Shown here: piece after piece, positions 13,714-24,680 of the stretch
Numbering within the stretch: the first letter of the stretch is position 1
How the letters are laid out: each line of letters opens with the position of its first letter
Origin: Callorhinchus milii
Taxonomy: Eukaryota
Assembly: GCF_018977255.1 (NCBI RefSeq)
Contig: NW_024704742.1
Location: 28,026,001-28,090,000 of the forward strand
Direction: 5' to 3'
Length of the DNA: 64,000 bases
Position numbers and translations under genes: made by a program
Notes under the pieces: model-generated
Database searches by the model: none
The model's input: only the letters and a program-made list of their open reading frames with translations
Told to the model about the DNA's origin: nothing

Positions 13714-16413
13714 TATTTACCGAAAGAGAAACACATTGTAATTTTTATTCACAAAAGGGCTTTTTTTTTCAATAAAGCCACTTCTGTTTACCTACTCTGC
13801 TTCATAGTTGGATTCTGTATGTGCTGAGCATACTGGTGGGCAAGTCTATCATCACCTTAACCGCATCCCAGTGTATCAGCATGAATTCTTTTATCTTTTG
13901 CATCAATCATCTCGTGGCTTCTTTGTGAGAGATTTGAAGGCCGATTCGAGTTGTGAATTGATGCCTATTAGGAACTGGGTGAAAAGTAGAAATTAACTGT
14001 GGCAAATATGAGCAGTAAAATCAGCAGAGAAGGACCGCTTCCATTCCATATGTTTGTGTTTGGTACCAACACGTGTCTCAGAAGTAAAAGTCCAATTAGT
14101 TAATGTACTATATCATCCTATCCCTGGATCACTTCGATTCATTTTTAATGTCTATTTGTCTTTTTCAGTGTGAGCATAATTGATTCAGCACCATGTTGGA
14201 CATATTCTTCCCTCATGAAAAATACTTTTTTTCCTGAAGAAATACACTGCACATTGTTTTTTTTGCACAATTTTCCAATTATCGTTTTTGGCTTACACCT
14301 TTTTTTTTATCAATTGCAAGTAGTTGTCATCAAGTGTAGTGATTGTGTAATTTTTTGGCAAACTTGGCAGTAGATTTGTATGGAGCAATGTTCCACAAAT
14401 TATCATGAAGCAAAATATAANTTTTTTCCAGAGGTGAATTGTCCAAAAAGCAGGGAGAAACACCTTTCTCTTTTGAATAGTATCATAAGACTCAGAGACG
14501 GGAGTACAACTGATTGAGCTATGCTGATACCCACCCCATAATAAAATATCAACATAAATGACAACTGTGGATTCCACATTGATATAGTTACAGAAGATGA
14601 TGTTCTGCTTTAAACATAGAGATGGTAATTGACTTTTGCTTCCAAGCTTCCAGTCATATTCAACAATAATCGGATGAGTTTCTGTTTTCTAAAAAAAGGC
14701 TCTGTGAGACAGAAATCAAAGAGCACTGTTGAATTCCTGCTGATATGGTCACAGATTTCTTCAAATATGAGTTGTTCCAATTAACCTCTAAAGGCAAAAA
14801 AGATAAGAATGATGTTGGACCTGAAGACATTTAGCATGATGTGACCAGTTCATTGGGACACTGTGTGTTTCTGTAAAGCAGAAATGCAGGAAACAGCGTA
14901 TAATTTTTAATCATGGTATGATACTTGGATCAGGAGAGTCCTTTCAGTTCAGCTGTTACTCATGAAACAAAAACACCAGTTAACGTAGAAAACAATACTG
15001 CAATGCATCACCCAACTTGATTGGTACCCTTTTTGTAAGAAGGATTATTGTCAATATTGTTTTCGGTACCTCCAGGTAGGATTTATTTTCATGGATACAA
15101 ATGGAAGGCAGCAGTGTTATAAAAGAGTTAAGAAGGTATTTGCATTATCTGCAACTGAATTGTGCTCTTTCCAATTGAAATAGTTGTTTATTCAATGAAG
15201 GGAAGGTACCAACAGATTGATGTGCAAAAGGTCTTTTTTTTAAAAAATGTTTCTGCCCCTTTACATTAATGTTGTGGGGATCAGATTGATTTATGAGATT
15301 AAAATGCGGACCTTACAGAACAATGCAAGGAATAGGGATCTGTTGTGTGCTGTACACTTTTATATGATTTCATAATATATATGCAATACTTGAATAATTT
15401 ACAAGTCAATAAACACATGGATGCATTAATGTGGGCCACGAAGAGAGATGGAAGGGAATTGCAGTGTTTAGTGAAAGAGTTGAATAGAATAAGTTGTGCC
15501 AAAGTAAAAATGTGTCAGGGCAATGTCACAATATTTAGAAAGGCAGCAGTCACCGCTTTCAATAAAGATCCAGGATATAATTTCCCTTAAGGCAATCAGC
15601 TAACCTTCAGTAACTGGAGCAGAGTTAGCATGATAAGTAATTCAGTAAGAAAGGGCGGTTGAAGCATTTGATATCCAATATTTTCATTCCTACTTTGTAA
15701 CAGAGCTGACATGAGTCCTTAGTGTATCATCGAACAAGGATCTGGGAGAGTTTAGGAAGAGAAGGACGCAGTTGCAAAATTTCAGCAGCCTAAACTAAAG
15801 CACCATGTTACTGAAAGCTCATATTTTATGGATATATTGGAGCCAAATGAGCTGAACTCTATTCCAGCTTGCCATTATCACTAAGATTTATGTGATGTAT
15901 TTTGCCTAGAAATCAGACATAGATTTTCCATATGCTGACCATACTATTAAATCTGTCCATAGATCCACAAAGTTGCTGCTTTAATACCGAAACATCATCC
16001 CCCCACCCCTCCCCCCACCCATGATAATGCCAACAATAACAACAGCATTTAATCATCACCATACCTCAGCAAGGCAGTTGTACGTTTTGAAAACAACAAG
16101 TTAATGAGCCAATTGAATATTTGGACAGGCAGCAAGTGGTACAGTGGAAAATGGCACCTAAGATAAAAGAGGCACTGTGAGATAGATTCAGCTGAATCTG
16201 AAGAATGCAAGGGGGAATCTTCTGATTGCGGATTTGCTCAAATACACAACCATCTATTATGAACTCAGCAAAAAAACTCCAATCTGAACTGAGAGGAAAT
16301 TGCAACAAAATTGTGACAGACAAAAAATGGGAGAAAAACTCAATGCAATTTGCTGAGATGGTGTAAAAGCTGATTTCTCTCTAGGAGGCTGGTGTTCCAT
16401 GGAAGAGTGAATT

Positions 16414-16982
16414 CAGCAGTAACAAGATTACATTTATGAAGCGGCTTTCACATTGGGAGGATGTCCCAAGGCTCTGAACAGTCAGGGATCAGGACCCGAG
16501 CGTGGGGGACAGGGTTGGGATGAGAGAGGGCAGAGGGGGTAGGAGGGTGGCTGAAGGTACAGTCAAAAAGGATGGTCTTGAGTCATGCCTTGAAGGAGGC
16601 AAGAGAATTGGCAAGGGATTGTGAAGGGATTGCGGGATGGAGTTGCAGAGAGGGGGGAAGAGAGGCTGCAAGCCCAGCCACCGATAGTAGGGAGGGTCGG
16701 ATGGGAAGCCTGGAGCAAGCCAGAGCCTGCTGAGTGGTTGGAGCGGACAAGTTGATAGAGCTCAGCAGGTCAGTGATGTAGTAGGGGGCAAGGCCGTGAT
16801 GGGTCTTGAATATGAGGATGAGGATTTTGAATTCTATCCTCTGAGGGATGGGGAGCCAATGGAGCCGGGAGGGGTGGGGGTGATGGGGTCGCGGAGCCTG
16901 GTGCGGGAGAGGACATGAGCTGCAGATTTCTGAATAATGTTCAGCTTGTGGAGGGAAGTGTTGGGGAGACCGACAAGGAGAG
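16414..16982 (-). mobile_element. L2 LINE 3' fragment
   Basis: Reverse L2 terminus (catttatgaagcggctttcacattgggaggatgtccc). Encodes LLVGLPNTSLHKLNIIQKSAAHVLSRTR. Confidence 0.85.
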
Positions 16983-17172
16983 GAAGAAATGGGGAGGAAT
17001 TCGGCGACTTGTTGTGCATTGATTGTTGAGTTAAACTGGCAACTTGATAAACAGTGCTTCAGAGCTGTGCTGTGGGGTTATCAGTCATTGTGCAGTAGTT
17101 TGGAAAATTAACCTTTGGCCTTGTTGACTCTATTTACTGATGAAATGAAACAAGAACTCATGAAAATTGTTA

Positions 17173-18625
17173 CATGGAGCAGACTGGAGCCTGATGAACG
17201 GAGGGAGCGGGCAGGTTGGTAGGGAGTCAGCAGGTCAGAGAGGTAGGAGGGGGCAAGGCCATGGATGGCTTTAAAGGTGAGGACGAGGATCTTGAACTCG
17301 ATCCTCTGGGGGATAGGGAGTCAGTGGAGTCAGGCGAGGGTGGGAGTGATGGGGTCGCGGAGCCTGGTGCGTGAGAGAACATGAGCTGCAGAGTTTTGGA
17401 TGATCTGCAGCTTGTGAAGGGAAGAGTTGGGAAGGCCGATGAGGAGAGAGTTCCCGTAATCAAGCCTTGAGGTGACGAATGCGTGGGTGAGGTTTTCGGC
17501 AGTGGCGGAGTCTGGCAATGTTGCGGAGGTGATAGTAGGCAATGCCAGTCATGTCGCGGATGTGGGGGAGAAAGGACAGTTCAGGGTCAAACAAGACACC
17601 CAGGTTCCTGACTGGCTTAGTGAGGTTGAGCGTGCAGCCATGGAGGCTGATGTTGCCAGTGCCTGAGGTGCGGAGGTGCTGGCGCGAGCCAATTAAGAGG
17701 GCCTTAGTCCTGCTGACGTTGAGTTAGAGAAAGTTGGCCCTCGTCCAGGACTTGATGTCGGACAGGCAGTCGGTCAGGACACCAGTAGTCCTGGAGTTCA
17801 GGATGGAGGCAGAGAGGTAGAGTTGGGTGTCATCCGCATATATGTGGAAAGTTACCCCATGTCTGCGGATGACGTCACCAAGGGGGAGCATGTAGAGAGT
17901 GAAGAGGAGGGGACCGAGGACAGAGCCCTGAGGAACACCACATGAGACAGAGCGGGAGCTGGAGGAGAAACCATTTGCCGCGATGAAGTGGAGGCGATGT
18001 GAAAGGTAGGACCTGAACCAGTTAAGGACAGAACCTTGAAGGTTGAGGTGAGAGAGGCGGTTTCATGGAGGCAATAAGAGGAGAGGAAAGAGCGAAGCTC
18101 TGAGGCAACGGCTCTCTCAAGGAAGAGGAGATTTGAGATGGGCTGGTAGCTGGATAGCTATGATGGGTCGAGGGAAGGTTTTTTCAAGGTGGGGGTGATA
18201 GTGGCTGTTTTGAAGGGTGAAGAAACAGTGCCAGATGACATGGAGAGGTTAATGATGTCAGCAAGGAGTGGGGCAAGGATGTGGAGCTGGGATTTAAGGA
18301 GAGGGGTGGGGATGGGGTCAAGGGAGCAGATGGTGGACTTCATGGAGGTTACCATGTTGAAGACAGAGGAGGGGATGACAGGTTCAAAGGTGTGGAAGGA
18401 GGGATGGGTAATTGTGTGGGGTGGGGTTAGGGAGGGGTTGGAAGTTGGGAGGGCAGTGGCAGCTGTGCGGATTCCCTCGATTTTGGACTTGAGGAAGTCC
18501 AGCATTTTCTCGCAGTGAGAATCAGAGGAAAGTATCTGCGAGGCGCGGCGGGGAGGGAGGAGGAGCCAGTTAGTGGTGGAGAACAGGAGCCTGGGATTGC
18601 TTTTCGCCTCCAGGATTAACCTGGG
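17173..18625 (-). mobile_element. L2 LINE ORF2 fragment with RT core, internally deleted
   Basis: The minus strand encodes [43 protein letters not shown] and the upstream LDPIPT...IINLS...FKTATITPTLKKPSLDP segment. Confidence 0.9.
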
Positions 18626-18674
18626 ACGGAAGCAATGTTAACTTACCAAACAGGACAGATATTTTAACCTTGGA

Positions 18675-18820
18675 GTTCACAGAATTATACAGCACAGAAG
18701 GAGGCCATTCAGCCCTCCATGTCTGTGCCGGCTCTTTCAAAAGAGCTACCTAAATCAATCCCACTCCACCACCCTCTCCCCGTAGCCCCCGCAAACTTAT
18801 CCTCCCCGAATAATTATCTA
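18675..18820 (-). mobile_element. CR1 LINE 3' end fragment
   Basis: Close match to 61618-61760 (agaattatacagcacagaaggaggccattc...ccggctcttt). Confidence 0.85.
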
Positions 18821-19299
18821 AAATTGAACTACTTTACCGAGTTAAAGTTAAAATACCCTCACAGAATTCAGGAAAATATAATCATCTTTGTTTGGCTGCA
18901 AGTGCGGTGGAGGTGCTCCCTCCCTCTCATTGCCGTTCCCATTGGCATTGAGGTGTTTGACAGCCTGGAAGACGCTTGGGAATGAATGGGCTCCAACCAA
19001 TCACAAGTGGCTCAGCTGTCAACGAGTCACGACATCCTGATCGACAGCCCAACTAGGGAGTCCCCTGTCAATCAATCTTAGACCCCCCCCCCCCCATCTC
19101 CATCCGGGAGCCCCTCATGGCACACAAAAGGCCCGGAGGGCCGACCAGTGTGGCATTTCACTCGGATCAACCGGATTCTTGTTTGATCTAATCGGCATAT
19201 TTAAAACAGGTAAGAACACAAATAATTCAGGGGTTGGCATTTTTGTTCGATTTACCTGGGGTCCGGGGTTAACAGGCGTCTGGCAAAAGCGGATTCCAC

Positions 19300-19545
19300 T
19301 GTGTTTGTTAATGAATGCAGTGCACACAGTAAGGAATCGCAAACAGCCACAAAGTAAATTATCAATTTATCCTGACCAGGAAAAGCTCCCTTCTATTTTT
19401 AAAGAGTTCCTGGAGCTTTAACGTCCACCTAAACAGGACCTGAGTTGAACTTCTCATCTAAATGATTGCACCTGAGCACTGTATTGAAGCATCAGCTGAG
19501 ACATTGAGATCTTAAAGTCCAGATGTGGGGCTTGAACTCTCAATC
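19300..19545 (-). mobile_element. Decayed Deu-domain SINE
   Basis: caaacagcca, ctcccttct, ctttaacgtccacctaaacagg, ggggcttgaac. Confidence 0.65.
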
Positions 19546-22500
19546 TTCTACGAGTCCAAAACCTTTGGGGGGGGAAACAGAACTATATTTATAGAGCACA
19601 CCTCATGTCAGGAGAATGTCTCAAAGTGCTTGAGAAAGCTAAATGGGTACCCAAGCTGGGTGCGGGAGTCAAGATGGGTGTAGAAGGGAAAGATGACTGA
19701 AAAAGCAGTCAAAGAGGTATGTTTTGAGACGTGCCTTCAACGAGGCAAGGGGGGGAGCAGGTCAGATGGACTCTGGGACGAAGAGAACGGGGGTGGAATG
19801 TCTAAATAAGGTGAGGGAGAGCATGAAGCTGGCCGATGCTCACCGAGCAAAGGGAGCGACCATGTCGATATTGTATTCAGCCTGAAATTGAAACTCTTGG
19901 TGAGAAATGTTGTAATGGAATGTAGGAATGTGCAGGACATTAATGGTTCATCTGTCTGGTCCGAAAGTAAAATCATTAATCATACATTATTTATATCTTC
20001 AAAACCCTTACTCGAAATTTTCATCACTTAGCTGTCTAATTCCCCCTTGAATTTGTTGACAACATTCCCCTTATTCACCTCACTTTACGACAATCTGTGA
20101 AAAGTAATTAAATTTGAACTGTCCATTGACATTTGCTCTTCCGATGTAATGCTTCAGAGCTTTGTCTTGCATGGGGTCGACGGTGCCTAGAGGCCTGATG
20201 ATGCCCTATACAGTCAAACATCGAGAGGTTGCAATGACCCATGGAGGAAGGGTCTATAAGCCTATGGATGTAGTTGTCCACAGGTGTCTATGGAGGATAT
20301 TGGTACAAAGAGGGGACTTTGGCAGCATTTCATTGCAACACAAGTTACGGTAGATATACTACTGCAATCAAATACCTTTTTTTGTTAAGAATTAAAGTAA
20401 TCAGACGTTAAAATGAGATGTCAATGCTCCCTTCACATAGGAAAGCATCTCAGAGTGCTTCACGGGGATGGTGGTGAATGCCAAGCAAGGGAGAATGGGG
20501 AGGTGGGAGCTGACTGTTGGGACTGTCAAAGAGGTAGGTTTTTATGTGGGATTTAAAGGCAGTTTGTGAGGCAGTGCGACAGAGAATTTGTGGTCCATAG
20601 GGTTGGGTGATGGTAGTGGGTAACAGTTGTGGAAGGCTCAGTCACTGATGGTGGGATGGAGTGGGTGGAGGAATTTAAGCCCAAATTTTCTTAAACAAAA
20701 TTGTCAAATTCTGGATATGCAATATTTTGTTTTCCATAAAATTAAAATGGACCCTCGACATTTTATAGTCTCAAACTGTGCTTGTTTTTATTCAGTTGTC
20801 TGTAGCCAGTGCTAAGTATTATTGGAAGAAAATTGGTTAAGGGAGTTGAGTATTATCTGTCATATCTGATTCAATTTGAGCATTGAATTGCCAATGGGTA
20901 TGACCTCCATATCAGCTATCACAGTGCAACTGATTTTTTATGCTTTTTGTATGAAGCATAATATTCTGTGTCTAATTCTGTAGCTGATTGTTTTATATAT
21001 TGACGTTGTTTATTGCTGTGTACAAGCTGAAGAAATGAAGCAGAGGTGATAGCAATGTTTATAAATCCTCTCCTTTTGAATACATAGCCACAGGATTATT
21101 AATCAAAAGGAGCCAGTGTTTTAAAAGAAACAGTGAGATAAACACACGACTGCTTCTTGAGATGTACAATGCCATTATGTAAGAAAAACAGGTTGCAAAG
21201 TTCAAGAACTCCATTGCACATAGGGAAACAAAATAAGGCTAGAATGCAAAAAGGTAGCTTAATTAAAACAAAATTTATTTAACGTTTTTAAATTGAGTTA
21301 GATAAATGAAGGATTTTTATTTATGAGATAGGATATTCTGTGGTACAGCCTGACTTGCCTCCCTGCGGGGAAGACTTGACTGTTTATTACCCGCACTGCC
21401 CACAGCACAATGGAATCAGAGACTCGCAGTTTCCTTCAGGGAAGCCTAATTTTTATCACAGTATAGGGTTCGTTGCTACAGAAGTAAATTGCTGATTTTC
21501 CTTAATCCTGATCAAAGTAAGCATTATCATAATAAAACTGTAAAAATGAGCATAGCTTTTTTAGGAATATTTTTGAAGCACAATAGTACACATTTAAAGT
21601 TAAAGGAGCAAATGTACAACCTACAGCAGGTGGATAAATCTGGCTGCCTGATGTACTGTTTACAATGAGCTAAGCCATTGTAAAAGTATTAATACAATGT
21701 GCCTGTAATCCTTTCTGTACCACATTCAGTAAACTCCTAATAATTTGACCCTGGCTTAATTTTGCACTCTGAGGGCGTTACCTTGCATAAGAGGTGCTTT
21801 ATAAAAGCAAGTTGTTGTTATTGTAATTTGTACTTCCACTTATGTCATTATGCTGTCAATGTCCCAGCCACATTTATTTGTGTATTTATATATATGCCAT
21901 TCTGGATAACTCATCACTGAGCCTGTTTCCCTTGGAGTGATGAGTTATAAGGCATTTACTGTAATTAACCATGGCAAGGGTAGCAACTCATGCAAAGCAC
22001 ACTGCATTTCACTCTGAGGTCTTATTAGGATAATAGCAATGCAAGGTACATGGATACATGTTGTGTCATTGGGATTTTGAGTTAGGTAGAAATATATCAA
22101 AGGAGTAAGAGAATCTTTATATACTTGCTCTGTCTGCTTTTGAACATGTTCAGTCTTTGAGGTCATAAAGGTAAGTGTTCACAGTGGGATTCACTTATAG
22201 CAATTCAGTTATTGACATGGAATCCTCCTGGTAACTGGGCATTTCTGCTCCGAAGTCCGGAAGTACATTGTGGGAATTTGATTAGTTGGCTTTCACTTTC
22301 TGATGGTCACTGACAGGATTCTCCATTAGTTATTGAGTGGTTGTCGGAACCATAGGAACTTAGAGCAGAGATGAAGGCCACCAGGGCTATTATGTCTGTG
22401 ATGGCTCTTTTAAAAACCCGAAAATGCCAGATTTTCAAATTCCAAAGACAGTGACTTAAATATAATTGTAACATTTTAAGGTAAAAGATTGGTTCTGGTG

Positions 22501-22964
22501 GCTCGGAGTCGAAACAAATTCTCACCCACTTTCTTACAACCAAACCTGGAACAAAGCAATGCTGAAAAGACTGGAGCGAGAAAAGATTGTTCAGAGGTCA
22601 AGTGCAGTGTTTGGGGGGGCTTTAGACCCAAACCTATTGTCGAACAAGACACAAAACAATCACAATTCTACCCTTGTGATAAATATTTGTGTGCTTGTCA
22701 CATCACACACTGTATTTCTCCCCAACGTGTGTGTGTGTGTGTGAGAGCGTTCCCCCCCCAACATCCTTCTGGCAGATTTTAGAATGCAGGGAAAGATCTG
22801 GAGTGGTGTAATGGTTTTGGAAGAGAGTTCCAGGGAATATCTGGTGTGTAGAGTCTTGTGCTGGACAAAAGTTAGTTAGGTTGCAGAATGTAGTATTTAC
22901 ATCACTGAAGCAAGCCAATTAGCCTAATTAGTCCAAGCTGCTGTTTTTAACTCCGAATATTGTC

Positions 22965-23010
22965 TCCATCCATCCATCCATCCATCCATCCATCCAATCA
23001 TCCATCCATC
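22965..23010. repeat. (TCCA)n microsatellite
   Basis: About 11 imperfect tccatcca units. Confidence 0.9.
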
Positions 23011-24369
23011 TATCCTAGTTCTTCCCCCAACCCCAGCTTCACCCATTCCCCTCTATTCCTTGCCTCTCATGTACTTCTGGTTCATTTTTTACACAAGATC
23101 ACAAACAAAATGCAGATAGACAAGACCTTTCAAACCCTTTGATCCTATCCCTCCAGAATACCCATCCTTCTCTTCCCCCATCACAGTATCAAGCTGTTTT
23201 TGAAATGAGTCCAGTGTCCTGGCCTCACATACCCTCCCTGATAACCTGTTCTAGGTGTTAATTGCTCGCTGAGTAAAGAAAAATTTTACAAACAGAGTTG
23301 TCTGTCCAGAAAGTACCCTCTGCATCTGTGCCCTCTTGTTTTGTTGTCTCGGTGCATCCAAAAGAAAAAAGTAGAGTTTAGGAGATTGGTGACGAGAGGA
23401 TTGGAAAAAGTTAGTCTAGAGGTGACAAAATCTTGGATAAATATTTGAGTTGCAGTGCAAATCAGTAAGGACTTAAGCGGGCAATGTTCAGATGTGTAAT
23501 AAGAGATTTTGGTGGTGAAAATCATTGAAAATAAATAAAATAAAATCTCCACATTTGTTCAATTTTTTTTCATTCTTAATTTCTTATTCAAATATGAAAG
23601 AAAATTATTTTTTCCCCCAGAAATTATATGAAACAAAAGAAACAAGTGTGTAATTGTGGAAGCCAAGGAGGACGGATAGAACTCAAAAGGTTAATTTGTT
23701 ACTGTGCCAACTCTGACTGATGTAATGAGGACCTGATTAACATCCTATAACTGGAGAGGTTGAATGCAAGTGCCAGATTTGCTGCTGTTTTGATGCATTA
23801 CCATTTGTGCTGCAGTGACCTAAACAGACCCCAGAACTAATAACGTTATACATCTGTAGGGTTGGGGTAGTAGAATGTGGAAAAAAGGCTTTCCAAGACA
23901 ATGGACTTGTATCTAAGAGCATTAAAAACATTGACCTTCGATTCTAAATAAAAGTGGAATTGGAAAATTAAACCCGAGCTAGACATTAGAACAAAAGAAC
24001 ATAGGTTTAAAGTTGTAACAGGATCCATTTAAAAAAGCAACTTGATGATTTTTGGGGGGACACTGGGGTGAGTGTTCCAGAAGGATAAAATCAGATTGCA
24101 CGGCAATTTGGTCAGATAGGTGAGGCAGTTCCACTTTAACGTCAAAATGAATCTTAACAATAACATAATGTCAGGATAGCATAGTTGATCCTTCTACAGT
24201 TTTAATCGGATTTCTGTCCTTATTCCATTCAGTTCAAAGATGATCGGGCAATAATTATTGCTTTAGTATATTCTGTAATCTTTGATATAAGAAAATTGTA
24301 AGTTTGCTACTAAATTACTGATGGAACTTATCCATAGAAACAAGGCTGTTGCCCAAGGGAAATTCGATG

Positions 24370-24680
24370 GCATAGTGAGGTTAATATACTGCCATTTCAA
24401 TTGCAGGAGCTGGGCTTGAATGCAGCCAGACAGATGCAATAACATTCTCCTTCTCTCTGTTGGCTGTAATGGGTCCAATGTGAAATTAGAGTATGAAACT
24501 GTATTTTTGCAGGTAGCCATCCACAGCACAAAACCACCACTAATTTGGCCCTAAATAGACCAATTTCATTCAAACAAGTCAGGAGGATGATTGGATGAGG
24601 AAAATGAAACTGTCACACTGATACAGTAGTGGGAACTTTCTGGATGTTGAGTGGAAAGCACATTGCAGAGAATTAGAATC
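24370..24680 (+). mobile_element. LF-SINE-like ancient SINE relic
   Basis: Collinear blocks ctgggcttgaatgcagcc, ctgttggctgt...atgtgaaat and tccacagcacaaaaccaccactaatttggccctaa resemble the LF-SINE consensus as remembered. Confidence 0.55.

Noticed and set aside
14421..14421. Ambiguous base n (another at 50172)
   Set aside because: Assembly ambiguity next to a T homopolymer, with no biological meaning.
16065..16125. Frame reading VRFENNKLMSQL, resembling the formin motif DRFENNELFAKL
   Set aside because: A short match like this is expected by chance, and there are no splice sites or flanking similarity.
20162..20353. HRCLWRIL motif resembling the C-terminus of RTE-type LINEs
   Set aside because: A single short motif with no RT core nearby is too weak to call.
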